Source: Callorhinchus milii (lineage: Eukaryota). From it: 64,000 nucleotides of DNA. Location: assembly GCF_018977255.1 (NCBI RefSeq), contig NW_024704743.1, forward strand, positions 78,742,001 to 78,806,000. The letters are read 5' to 3'. Position numbers and translations under genes: made by a program. How positions within the stretch are numbered: the stretch's first letter is position 1; each line of letters opens with the position of its first letter. Shown in pieces: positions 13,835-27,244 of this stretch. Below the pieces are notes generated by a model, which was given only the letters and a program-made list of their open reading frames with translations, had not been told where the DNA came from and did no database searches.

Positions 13835-16004
13835 GCTCAGTCGATAGCAGTCAGGAATTTGAGCTCATAGGCTGGCACCTCAAATTAATGACATGACTGC
13901 AGCTTTAATCCCAAGCAAGGAAAGAGTTTCAATACCTAATACTCCCAATAATTCAATATCTAAAAATTGCTACACCACAGGTATTAAATAAGATATTAAA
14001 TACTTGTGCAGTGCTTAGAAATACTTAGGCATTATAGATGCTTATCAAATATAAGAATTATTATATTATTGCAAACCTGTCCATAAAACAGGAAGGTTGG
14101 TGATTAGCTGTTCACCTCTGATTCTTCTTTTAAAACTCACTCCAGAATAAATAGCTGATCATATTCCTAGTCGGGACCAGTGAGAGTTTGGACAATAGAC
14201 ATTTACTCATCACCAGTTGCCTCTGAAGACAGATGAACTGCTAATATAAAACCTGCATTACAATCTTGTGTGATTGTAGGCACAGAGAGCGCAATACATG
14301 GTGATCTCTCCTTGTGACCACTGGATTTATTTCATCTGGATTACCCAGCACAGAGGTTCCCAAACTGGTGTCTGTGAAATGGTCCCAGTAGACCAATTGA
14401 GAACTGGTTTCAGTTGAACTGGTTCTTAAGTGACCCAAGGCTGCTGGTGCTTTATTTACCTGGCAGGACGGAATGTAAGGCAGCAGCAGGAATATTGAAG
14501 TAGCTGCACATTTAAATGGCAACTTACACATTTTTTTTCTGGTTTTGGATTGGGTCATGTATGCCCCAATCTCTAAGCTTTGCTGGTCTGATGGAATGGA
14601 CTGACATCTCAGCCCCCTTTTGTCCACATGGCCAGCGCACCCAACAGTTGATGGTTTGCTAGATGTTGTTCCAGATGCGGGATGAAGACTCACTCAGGAA
14701 ATGATGATAATCATCTCCTGATGTGACAGCATTGCCCCATATATAATACTGCACTCCAGCTGAAAGCAAGACCAGACGAGCTGTGTCGTAAGCTAAATAA
14801 ATCATTACTACTTTACTGCTTCCTTTCCTCCAGGATCTAGAGTAATACAGACATGGTGTATACTTACCATGTGAAAGAGGATATATGAACAATGCACATT
14901 GTTGATTATGCCTGCATGCACAAGTTCCATCGGAGGTGAGGGATTTATTGGTTGGTGTTCCGTTCAGCAGCACTGAAACTTTATGGGCAACACCCACCAT
15001 GACAGTGGTGGATAGCTTCAGCTGGCTTTGCGCCAAACCACAATGCTAAGGGTGGGGTGAAGGCATAGGGCACATTCCCACAGTCAGTAACTATTGTGGT
15101 TTTTGGATCACAAATATCGCAAGTGGCATTGTATCACATTTTTTACACTGTTGTCTTTTAGCACATGTGCAACCATTAACCCTCTATCATCAGATGCACG
15201 TTACATTAATATTGTTTAACCCTAAGTAAAATGGCTTTCTTCTTCATCCTACAATAACCATAGGCAATCTTTTATACACGGGAACCTTTATTGTGATTTT
15301 CCTCTAATTTTCCAAACAATGTTAAATAATAGTTTGAAATCATATTAATCATTCACAAACTTTTTTTTCTCTTCATTGAAATTAAGGCAGACTCTCAGTA
15401 ATCATACTGAAGGCCCACTTGGTGTCTGTGAGCACCACAGGCTAGAAAGGCTCTAAGTTGAATTCCTGGTCTGTGCCGTTACCAAAATCAGTCGGTGTTC
15501 CTGCTCCCAGTCGGTATCCAGTAATCCCCCGGACAACTTCAGTAAAGTGTCTTTGGATGGACATGGGACAAGACAGGATCAGACCCAGCTGAAATGCTCT
15601 CCACAATAGAGTTACCTGCCAATGTTCACTATTTAGGGTCATGCATGAAGGAAGTCCAGTTGGTGTTGGCTTTTGTTGAGAGTTAATAGTTTCAGGAGAA
15701 TACAGAGGAGGATTTTAAAAATAGAAATTAGTAATACATTAAAAATGTACCCAAGAATGGACTTTGCACATTTTTAGAAAAAAAAGCGTGAGAACAGTGG
15801 AATTGCAGGTTCTCAAGAGAGAAGTTGACAGGACTTTTCTTGATGGTATGACTGGAATATAACTTTAAACATTAGACATGATATCCTGGATATTTTCAGA
15901 GCTAGGTTATAGTTAATGTAACCCTGTCAAAGCTGATGGTGATAGTGTAACCCATTATGTGATTGCCTGCATTGATAAGAAGTGGCATGCAAGATATAAT
16001 TAAT

Positions 16005-16415
16005 AAATCTAATAATCCTTACATTTGATCTGGCACATTTCATGTGAAGAGGACCTCTCAAAGCACTGCAAAGATTTACTGTAAAGTGGAGTGACTATGT
16101 ATTTTGTAGATGAACGGGTCAGCCAATTTGAGCATAGCAATGTCTCACAAACAGCTGTGAAGTGAATGACTAGTTTCATCTGTAGATTGAGGAAATCCCT
16201 TCTCCTTTTGAGTAGACTTATGGGATCTTAAACGGACAGCACAGCACGCCGGTTTAACATCTCATCCGAATCAAAACATTGCCAACAATGTAGTACACCC
16301 CCAACACTGCATTGGAATGCCAGACTAGACTATATGAGTTCAAAGCCCCAATGTGGGGCTTGAACCCATAACCTTCTGACTCAAAAGTAAGTGCTACCGG
16401 CTAAGGTAGGCTGAA
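16005..16415 (-). mobile_element. Deu-domain SINE family B
   Basis: Reverse-complement similarity to 18805-19250, including cttgaacccataaccttctgactca. Confidence 0.8.
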
Positions 16416-18804
16416 AACCTTGCGATTTATTAGTTTGCAAGTGATAATGGTCATAGCCCTATCTTTTTAAAATTTTCAAGTAAGTGGTTAATTACTGATA
16501 AAAAAAGAATCCTTGCATTTGATATAGCACCTTATCACACCATGACATATCAAATTGCTTCATAGGAGTGACAGTAATGTGTACTGCTTGTGTAGTTAGT
16601 AGGCAATAGTTTTATTTTTAGAGCAAGTTTTATTCAACCTTAATAACTTTCGCCAATTTTGCTGTTTAGGAGCACTGGGAGCAGCTGAGAAAGGCAGAAT
16701 CCAGAGCTAGAAAGTGAACGAAAGAGAGGGAATGATTCCACAGTTGGAAGAACAAAATGGATCAGAGCAAGTGAGAAAGACAGGAAAGAGAAAAAGGAGA
16801 CAGAAACACAGGTTATTTTCATTTCCTATTGTCTCTCTCTTTTCTCATTTACTTGATTTTCCTTCACGTGTACTGGAGTATCCTCTCTGCTATACGGTTC
16901 TGTATTTTTTTTCTGTCTCTCCCTTGATCATTCTCCAGTGAGAGCAAATGGGGAGAAGAGTCAGGTTGAATATCTGGGAATTAATAATGCATTTCTGCCG
17001 GTAGAAGAGGCGCTAATTGATTCTTTCCTGGAAATCAGAAACCAGCCGACGGGAAAGAGGGCCTTTGCTGCAGGGGATGTGCACACACAGATAACAATTG
17101 ATGCCATACATGCATGCATGATATTCAATCAATTTACCCCACTTCTCCCTCTCAAAATGCAGATGAGGTGGAAGGTCTGAAGGTATTAGTGATGGAAAAG
17201 GGAGTCACCAGTTTCAGGTATAACAAGGGTTGGATGCAGAATAAAGCTTCCTTCGTTATGTCTCCACATTGCATATCTCCAGCCTCGGAAAGACACTCCC
17301 TAGTTAATCAATGTGACATTTTTGAATCCTACATCAGCTACAGTGAACCACGGATTACCGGACTCCAGCTTTCTGGAATTCCTCCCTAGCAGTCCGGGCC
17401 CCAGACCGCAGAATTTAAAAAAAAATTCCAAGGGGCTGTGCAAGTACAGACCCCACCGCCCATTCTTCTATCAATATCATGCCCCCGCCTCACCGCTCGC
17501 TGGCCTGCAGTATCCAGGGATATGGACCTTGACTCAGTTTGAATCCCGCGAGCAGATAGCTTGTTCACTATCTTCTGCCTGTGGGATTTAAACAATTACA
17601 ATGCTTTTTCCAGCACTGAAAAAAGCCAGCACCTAAAAAATGCCAATAAATGTCTGTGCCATGCTGTAATTCCATGCAAGTGTTGGCCTCCAAAATGCAC
17701 AGCCACTACACTTTACATTGGATCCTGTGAAGCCCTTTGATACATACTGCTAACATGAAAGGCTCTCTGAAATGCAAGGATTATTATTTTGCTATATGCT
17801 CCACTTAATGACATAATTTGCAGACATATAGTCAATTTCCATGTGTTTGGCCAATGGCACCCAGGATTCTTTCTGCATTTACTCTATGTGACCTTTAACA
17901 AATTGGTTTATCCAAACAATTTTTAAAAAATAAAGTATTTAGAAAAAGCGAAACCAAAAATGAAACAAAAAACTGGGTGTGTTACAGAAGGGTTCTTAAC
18001 CTTGAACTGAAAATTATCATAATTTCAGAATGTGATCCAGAAATAAAACATGAAGGGTTACAAAAAGACCATTGACCAAACTGAACTACAAGCTCAAGAA
18101 ATCATTCAAGTCCTAATCCCTTCGCAGATCAGCAATCGTTTCCTATTATGTTGTGATGTAAGACACTCCCGCGAAAATTAAACCAAAAAACAATCCATTT
18201 GACAAAATATGTTAATTACAATCAATCTTGTACCAAATACCTTCATTGGAGTTCATTTTCAATCCAGTAAACATCCAAATATCAACATTAAATGGTCATT
18301 TTGTCAAATAATCTGCACTGCAGGGAAGAATACACTTAACATTTGTCTTCCGTAAGAAGATCACTTTCACAACATTAATTTGCCATTAACTGAGCTTTGT
18401 TGTGATGTGGAGCTTGAACCCTTAACCTTCGGACTCAGAAATTAAGAGTACTGCCAACTGAGCCAGGCTGACCCCTGAATGTTGGAGAAATTCTCATAAA
18501 GGTTAACTTCATGAAGGAGATAAAAATAACCTGCTCTAAAAAAAATCTGCTAAACCTCTTAACATCTTAACTACTATTAAATCCATAGCAATCCACTATT
18601 TTTCTTGTTTCAGTTCAACCTTATAGATTTACAAAGGCATTGATTGTCATCTATCATGTCATTGCATATGGCAAATGTTTATAATCTTATAAATTATAGG
18701 ATACATCACCAAATAATAGTGCTCTTTTGATAGGTTCTAACATTACATCAGAAGGTCTATGTTGCTCTGTGTAAACCTCAAATCTAATCTACATGTGTGT
18801 GTCA

Positions 18805-19250
18805 GTCTGGCGCAGTTGTATCCTCCGAGGTAGACTTGCCTCTGAGTCAAAAGGTTGTGGGTTCAAGCCCCAAACCAGGAATTGGAATCACATAGTCTAA
18901 GCTGACACTCCAATGCAGGGCTAGCACTGTGTTGCATTGTCGGAGGTGCCGTCCTTCGGATGAAATGTTAAACCAAGGTGTCGTTGGCCCGTTCAGATGG
19001 ACGTTAAAGATCCCATGGCAATATTCAAAAAGAGAAGAGAATTTCTGCAAGTATTCTGGTCAATAAACCCCCAAATAAAATTGGTCATTCACTCCATGGC
19101 TGTTTGTGGGATATTTCTCTGTGCAAATTGGCTGCCACATCTCTCCCACAAAATACACAGTAAATCTACTTTACAGTAAATCCTGTGAAGCGCTTTCACA
19201 CGTCTCGATGACATGGTAAGGTGCTATATCAAATGCAAGGATTATTGTTA
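18805..19250 (+). mobile_element. Deu-domain SINE family B, near full length (SacSINE1/AmnSINE1-like from recall)
   Basis: tRNA-like head (GGTTCAAGCCC B-box), TGTCGGAGGTGCCGTCCTTCGGATGAAATGTTAAACC core, L2-like tail. Confidence 0.85.
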
Positions 19251-20189
19251 TCTTACATCTATTACTATGGTTTTTTCTACACGATTTTTCATATTTTACT
19301 CTTGCAATATTAAAGGATTATTTTATATATCTTGTGTGGAATAAAATAAAATTGGTCACTTACTTCATGGCTGTTTGTGGGACAATGCTGTGTACAAATT
19401 GGCGACTGTATTCGCTGATATACAGTCACTACACTTCACAGGAAAATGCTTGAAGTGCTTTGAGATGTCTCAATGATGTATTGAGATGTTATGTCAAGTA
19501 CGAGGAATGTTTTGGATAGAATATACTTTGAAGAAGCTTCAAGAATTTTGAAGGAAAGGAAAATATTTCACCAGTATTATTTACCCTGTTCTTCATAAAA
19601 ATACAAAGTGTGCCAAGTTAGCTGATCTCCATCAGCGTGGCAGAAGGTGTGCTATAATTGGCTTCAGTGCCCCTTGGCTCAGGAGGAGAAAAATCAACTA
19701 CTGTGCAGTAACTCCTCCTGCATACTTCATATGAATGGGCTGAATTTTCACATGGTCTTAGGACTGATCCAAATGTGCAAGATTGTTCATATTAAATTCA
19801 GTCTTAATGTGTAAGCTTGTTGTTGAAAAGCAGCTTCCATATTAAATCTCTGAATTTTCCAAAATTCTGCACATTCTTAATTATTACGTTAATGGTCTTA
19901 AGACTGAGAGCATGCACCCTAGATAGGAATTGAAATCAAGCTCTGCTGAAATGCCTTCCATTGGTTGACTAGCTTGTTACATGCACGGTTTAGGTTCACA
20001 TATGAAGAAATAACAACTTGAAAGAGGTATTGGATTGGTGCCATTTGCCTTTCAATCATATACCAGCATGAGTCAATGCCTTTGGGAGGGAAACACACAG
20101 ACAATTGGTGAAAAAGAGAGAACCACATTAAAAGTGATACTAGTGGAAAGTTAAGACATCTATTTAGCAGTTAGTTATACTTATTCAAA

Positions 20190-20500
20190 AGTAATAATCA
20201 CAATCCTTACATTTGGTCTAGTGCCTTCATGTCTGGAGGACACCCCAAAGCGCTTCACAGTATATAATGTAAAATACAGTGACTGTGTGTTCTGTAAGCA
20301 AATGCAGCAGTGCTTGTGTACAGGAGTGTCTCACAAACAGCCATGAAAATGAATGACCAATTTTATTTGGTGGATTGTTGGCTCGGATACTGGAAGAAAC
20401 TCCCTTCTCTTTTTGAATAGTGCCACCTTTAATGCCCATCTGACCGGGGTTCGGTTTAATGTCTCATCTGAAGGATGGCACCTCCAGCAATGCAGAAAGT
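20190..20500 (-). mobile_element. Deu-domain SINE family B fragment
   Basis: gtctcatctgaaggatggcacctcc core plus tail. Confidence 0.75.
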
Positions 20501-21150
20501 ACTGCCTTAACAATAAGAAATAAAACTTCTGCAACTTGTTTGACTCTGCAAAAGAAACAATGGAACATAGAATGAAAACAAGGTTAGACACCTAAACCCA
20601 AAACATATACACTTATAGTTCTTATGAAAGATTTCAGTAAATCGCAATGTCCATTTCTTGGCACAAAACAAGAAACACCAATACAACCGTATCAATTGGA
20701 ATGGCAAATTTTTGCAAATATACGCATTAAGTGTTACAACTATAGTAAACAAATTCAGCATGTTGCGAGGCAGTCTAAAAGTAGCTACAGTGCCATTCAA
20801 AGACTTGAATGTTTTTTTCAAAAATGTAACTTACCATCGGACATGATAATTGTTTGTGTAGATGTCAGATAACAGGAAAGTGGGAGAAGCAGCCTCCCAT
20901 CACAGTATTGACTTTTTTTTTAAAAAAATGAATCCAGTTTCCTGGTCTCAAACACACTTTCTGACAACCTCCTCCAGTTAATAATTACCATCCTGAAATT
21001 CCTCTAGGCTACTCTAAACCCTCCCGTTCTCCTGCCTTGGTGCATCCTAAAGTATTATTCTGTATTTAGTATTTCAATCCCATCTAAAATTTTAAACACC
21101 TCTATAAAAGCTTCCTCTGAGACATCTTCTCTTCAAACTGAAGAGCGTTT

Positions 21151-22128
21151 CAACAACAACAACAACAACAACAAGATTCCATTTATAAAGCGCCTTTCAC
21201 GTCAGGAGGACGTCCCAAGGCGCTGCACAGTTGGGTCATGACCCGAGCAGGGGGGAAATGGTCAGGGTGAGGGGAGGGAAGGGAGGGAGCGAGGAGGGGG
21301 GAAATGGTCAGGGTGAGGGGAGGGAAGGAGGGAGCGAGGAGGGGGGAAATGGTCAGGGTGAGGGAAGGGAGGGAGGGAGCGAGGAGGGGGTAGAGAGTCG
21401 AGAGGGGAGCTGAAGGCTCGGTCAAAGAGAAAGGTCTTGAGACCGGCCTTGAAGGAGGAAAGGGAGGAGGCGGCGAAGGCACTGGGGGATGGAGTTCCAG
21501 AGCCTCGGGGCTGAGAGGCTGAAGGCCGACCACCGATGGTAGGGCGGTTGGGGCGGGGGACGTGGAGCAGACCGGAGCCGGAGGAACGGAGAGTACGGGC
21601 AGGTAAGTAGGGGGATAGTAGGTTGGAGAGGTAGGAGGGAGCGAGGCCGTGAATGGCCTTGTAGGTGAGGATGAGGATCTTTAATTTGATCCTCTGGGGG
21701 ATGGGGAGCCAGTGGAGGCGAGCGAGGGTGTGAGTGATGTGGTCGCGAAGCCTGGTGCGGGACAGTACACGAGCTGCAGAGTTCTGAATGACCTGCAGCT
21801 TGTGGAGGGAGGTGGCGGGAAGGCCGACGAGGAGAGAGTTCCCATAGTCCAGCCTTGAGATGATAAAGGCGTGGACCAGGGTTTCAGCAGCGTGAGGGGT
21901 GAGGTAATGCCGTAGTCTGGCGATGTTCCGGAGGTGATGGAAGGCGGTGCCAGTTGTGGTGCGGATGTGAGGGAGAAAGGACAGCTCAGGGTCGAACAAA
22001 ACGCCGAGGTTCCTGACCGGCTTTGAGAGGTGGAGAGTGCGGCCTTGGATGCTGATGGTGTCGGCGCCTGAGGTGCGGAGGCGCTGACGTGAGCCAATCA
22101 GGAGGGCCTCGGTTTTTCGCACGTTTCC
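21151..22128 (-). mobile_element. Young 5'-truncated L2 LINE (ORF2 C-terminus and 3' end)
   Basis: KTEALLIG...VRNLGVLFDPELSF...[14 protein letters not shown]...LHWLPIPQRI; CpG-rich; (TTG)n tail; frameshift near the 3' end. Confidence 0.95.
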
Positions 22129-23861
22129 AATCGTTTTGTACCTCATTCCTCTAACACTGGGGATCATCCTGATGTTCACCTCTGCACTGCCTCTAAGGCC
22201 TGGGCAGCCAGACCCCTGATGATTCACTGTGAAATGTATCGACTGTGTATTTTGTAAGTGAACATAGCAGTCAATTTACACAGGGCAATGTCCCACAAAT
22301 AGCCATGAAGTGAATGACATTTTTTTATCTGGGGAATTGTTGGCCAGGCAAGTCGTAGTGAGGGAACTGACACCTGAAATATGCAGCTGTGACATTTATT
22401 CTGGTGCATTATCATTTCAATAGCATGCAGTAAAACAATCCTAACTTGTGGTTATTACCTGCTTCATGAAGCTGGGGGAGGTGTGGTGGTTTCAGAAAAC
22501 AATTACAATGAGACATTGTGGAGAAAAACAGTGCAATGAGATATTGCCAAAATACAATCCAGTAGAAATCCCTCATTTTAATGTGCTGACAGACTTGAAA
22601 AGTATATTCGTTATGAGTTTTATTATTTTGGCCGAACACCTGAGTAAAAACTTAAGCTCCACCCACACCCCCCTCCCCAACCCTCCACCCCAATCTCTGG
22701 AAATTGGAATTTGACGTTTACAATTATTTTTGTGCAGTTTGTTAATAATTAAATTAAACACTCACTAAACACCAGGAGATGATGTTTATAAATGAGCACA
22801 GACATAATTTGAGTATCCATTCTTTATGCTAAAATAATAGTAATAATCCTTACACCTGATGCAGCATCTTTCACGGCAAGAGAATGTCTCAAAGCACTTC
22901 ACAGGATATACTATAAAGTGATATGACTGTATTTTGTGGGCAAATGCAGTAAATGTCCAACAAACAGCTAATTTTATTAGTCATACAATAAACAAAAACA
23001 GTTTTGTTTTTCTAACAGTTAGACTTCAGTCTCCAAGAATTCTATCAGTAGATGTCAATCTTTGCAACCATCCTTTACAAATAAAGTACACTTTGGGTAA
23101 AAAGAATATGTTTGTGTTGATATTTCTTCAGAGGCTATCGTGTTCTGATGGGGTTTCTCAATTTGGTTCTGTCCACAAAGGAAACTCACTTTGTGCTGAT
23201 TGTCGTATATCTGGAGGCAAATAATTGCCTATTTGCCGAACAATCTAAGTAGAGGCAGAAAACACAGTAAGCCATACAAAAAACACGCATTTTTGTAAGT
23301 ACAATAGAGTATAATCTAGTAATAAGTGAATTACTAATAAGTAATTAATAAGTTTGTCTACAAATACACAGGAACTGCACTTTACAATAAATCCTGTTAA
23401 GTGCTCTGAGAGATCCTCCAGACATGAAAGTGCAAAGATCATTGTTAGGATGAATTGATACTAAAATGATACCTCCACACCTTTATGAATGCTATCACTT
23501 GGATTTTAGTAAATGTTTAGTTTAACTATTCACAAACTGCTTAAAAATAATAGTAACTCTCACAATGAGGATTTTACATCCCAAGGTGCATTTTTCAGTG
23601 AAAGTCACAATTTAAGCTACCATTTTATTATTAATAATACTTTCATTTGGTACAGTGCCTTTCACATCTGTAGGATGTCCCAAAACATTTCACATGATGT
23701 ACTGTAAAGTGGAATGATCATGTGTTTTGTGGGACAATACGGCAGCCAATTTGGCACAACACTAATGAAACAAATGACCATTTTTCCAACAAGCACTTTT
23801 TTTTGACTGTATGTAGCCACATTATATGGAAAATATGGGGAAAAATATCACAAATGGCTTG

Positions 23862-23892
<31 letters not shown>

Positions 23893-24226
23893 GCATTTGA
23901 TATAATAATAATAATAATAATAATCCTTGCATTTGATATAGCGCTTTTCACGTCGGGAGGACGTCCCAAAGCGCTTCACAGAACACACTGTAAAGTGAAT
24001 TGACTGTATATTTGTGGGCGAACGCGGCAGCCAATTGCGCACAGCAATGTCCCACAAACAGTCGTAGATTGAAAATGACCAATTTATTATTGTTTTTGGT
24101 TTTGGAGAGATTATTATTAGGAGTGTGGAGTAAGGAAACTTGCCCAAGGTTTCGCCCTGCCTGGAATTGAACTCAGGTCTCTCACTTGCAAAGCGAGTGC
24201 TCTAACCACTGAGCTACAGGACTCCA
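23862..24226 (-). mobile_element. SINE family A, short young subfamily, duplicated tail
   Basis: Full head to tail; tail motif present twice. Confidence 0.93.
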
Positions 24227-24239
24227 CGAATGATGAATA

Positions 24240-24700
24240 AGAAGAACAACTTGCATTTATATAGACCCCTTCACATGGATAGCCTCTTGGAGCGCTTAAC
24301 AGAGGCATGGTTTGATGTCGAGCTGGAAAGGGAGGGGAAGTGACCAAAGGCACGGTCAAAGGCACAGACAAAGAGGGGGGAAGGAGAGGGATTGAGGAGG
24401 AGTTCCAGATATTTGGTGCATAATGGCTGACAGCACAGATTTCAGTTGTGGAGCAGAGAGGATCAGAGATGTGCAGAAGAGCTGATCCAGCTCACAAAGG
24501 CAGTGGATAGAAGAGTGGGGTGTGAGGAGATCGGAGAGATAAGTAGGTGCCAGGGTGTGAAGAGAATTTACAGTGAAAGTGAGGATTTTGAAATCTATCC
24601 ATTTTGCAACAGGGAGCCACTGGAGCGTGGCAAGAACTGACTGAGGTGATTGGGGTGTGAAGCCTGGTAGAGTAAAAGAAGGCACTTTGGCTCATCTTTT
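24240..24700 (-). mobile_element. Decayed L2 fragment
   Basis: LATLQWLPVAKWIDFKILTF...LAPTYLSDLLTP. Confidence 0.85.
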
Positions 24701-24744
24701 ACCAATACAAACCCTACAATCTTCTCACCACAGTACTGGCTACT

Positions 24745-25260
24745 TCTCAAATTAATCCATTGGCCTGGCCTCAACCTTCCTGGCCTCAACCTTTTCTCTT
24801 CAACTATTGATTAACCTATGTTTAAATAAATATTTTGCATCTATGCTGAACACTTCCTTCACAATCTTGAATGTATGACCATTTGTTCTGCTTCCTTAGC
24901 TCATTTGAAAGTATTGTTCTGGGTTTAATACATCTTTGCAAGGTCTCCTTTGAGACTCATCGTATTTGAGGATGAAGAGGCCTAGGTTATCTATTCATTC
25001 CTTATCTCTCTAATATTGGGGATAAGCCTCATTACTCTTCTCTGCACTGCCTTTAGTCCCTTTCTGTTACAGTTGTACAAAGTACTTCAGCTCCAGCCTG
25101 GGCTGAGCAATGATTGTATAGCTTGATCACAACATCCGGAAAAATTATCTCAATTGGTTTGGCAATATAGGCAGGCATCCTATTTATTGTTGCTTTACAT
25201 TGGTGAATGGCAATTCAACTGATATCCTTTGTTCTCTTTTAACTTCCATCTTGTCAGTTC
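24745..25260 (-). mobile_element. Old CR1-like LINE 3' fragment
   Basis: Degenerate similarity to 55940-56630 (ctcttctctgcactgcc, ggtctcctttgagact). Confidence 0.55.
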
Positions 25261-26236
25261 TATTATGCAGTACATTTGGACACTGTTTAGATCTAGATGA
25301 CTTAGAAGTCTAGTTCAAAATCAATGATAAATTGAGAAGGTAGGTTGGTGATACATGACTGATTGAGAGATTCCAAGAGATAACTGAGAGGGTAAACCAA
25401 ACAGGTTTACAATATAGATTGAAAGTCACTGCTGATGAGAAAAATATCAATGCAGAAAGAAGACTTTCCAAAAGATGAACCTTGGAGTCAAGAATACAGA
25501 AATAATAAACCTATAATAATCCTTGCATTTGATATTCTGCTTAACATGTTGAAACATATCAAAGTTCTTTCAAGCAAATTGAGAAAATTATTCACTTGGA
25601 TAGTTCAATAGCATCAGATAGCTGAAGAAAGATATTAAAAATAGACTAGAAATTGCAAAGTGAAATTGAATTTAACAACGCAAGAAGGTTTCTGTACAAG
25701 CTTAATTTAAAACTGATAAGAAGTAGAACACAAAGTTTTGCACGTGATCAACAGAGCTGTATGTACATGAAAATTGAGTTTCAACACTGAAGCAGAAGAA
25801 ATAGACATATTATAATACAAATCACGAGCTAATTGTTATTCACCATTGGTGTGACATATCGACAGCTTCATGTGGCGGGTCAGATGAGTATGTCCCAGTG
25901 GTACCTAGTGGTGATAGAAAGTAGAGGTCAACGTTGATAGTAGGGTTACAACAACAACAACATTATATTTGTATAGCGCCTTTCAAGTCGGGAGGACGTC
26001 CCAAGGCGCTGGACAGAGTACAGCATTTCAGTAATTACAGTCAGGAATTACGTGCGAATCTGTCTAACTTCTAAATATTTTTTAATTTCAAAGAAGGCTC
26101 AGAGTTCTTCTGATTAACTCATCTACCCAACACTTTTGTGCCTGTAAAACTGGAGAAGACTGCTTTTGTTTTACATTTCACACAAGTACCACGTGATCTT
26201 CCAAAATATGCACATATTTTACGTCATCATATGTCA

Positions 26237-26512
26237 TGGGTTCAATTCCAGGCAGGGCGAAACCTTGGGCAAGTTTCCTTACTCCACATGCCTAATAATA
26301 ATCCCTCCAAAAAACAAAAACAATAATAAATTGGTCATTTTCAATCCATGACTGTTTGTGGGACACTGCTGTGCGCAATTGGCTGCCGCGTTTCACCCAC
26401 AAATATATGGTCAATTCACTTTACAGTCTATTCTGTAAAGCGCTTTGAGACGTCGATAAGACGTGAAAAGCGCTATATCAAAATGCAAGGATTATTGTTA
26501 TTATATTATTAT
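26237..26512 (+). mobile_element. SINE family A, 5'-truncated
   Basis: GGGTTCAATTCCAGGCAGGGCGAAACC through to the (TTA)n tail. Confidence 0.9.
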
Positions 26513-27066
26513 CATGGCAAATGCAACTGATTCTTGTACAATTCCAGCAGCATATATTACGAAACACATTTAAATGTGCGGTGTTCTTAAACTTGTTTCT
26601 TTTCTTATTTAAGGAACAGTTTAAGGAACACCCGCAGGTGAGACTCCTCTTCAGGTAAGTGGTCTGCTCCACTCAGAGTGGAGGGCAAACCAGGCCCAAG
26701 ATGATGCTTAAAATGAATTGAGGTTGAGAAATTTTTACATTCTTTATTACAACTGGCATTGCCATAATCTATATCAGGAAACCAGTTGTTTCCTATGGGG
26801 GAAGGGAAGGTTTACTTGTTGTCTGGGAGCTAAACTGTAGGAGCGACTGCATGGGTCAGAGGCCAGGACCAACATGCTCATTATTAAGGTACGCGCAGAG
26901 ACTTTATGCCAACAGTTAAGGAACAAATTTGTGGTTGTTCGTTAATGCATTCCTTGTCTTAACAAGCGTTATGGTATACTGTACATTTTACCTTTGTATT
27001 CACTGGGACCCAAAGTGATCACTGCCAATAAATAATATGAATAATCTTGCCAGTCTTTTTCTCTTG

Positions 27067-27244
27067 TTATATGAAGTTATTACCTGGTGAAATGTGCCTC
27101 AGAATCTCATTAATCAGCTCATGTGTTCTCTGCAATTCACTGCTGAGTTTCAAGGCTGAATTTTTTTGTTCCTGATCCATAGCTGATATCTTTAGCTTCA
27201 GATCACGAATGTCTAGTTGCATAGCTAGATTTTGCGTGGTACTT
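27067..27244 (-). CDS. TRP gene exon R (coiled coil): [58 protein letters not shown]
   Basis: tttttccag acceptor in phase 2; heptad pattern. Either ends at TAA (27067) or splices at CCAG|gtaata (exon end 27084). Confidence 0.8.

Noticed and set aside
21262..22227. 321-aa ORF as a host gene
   Set aside because: 5'-truncated L2 ORF2 fragment with an incidental upstream ATG and a 3' frameshift.
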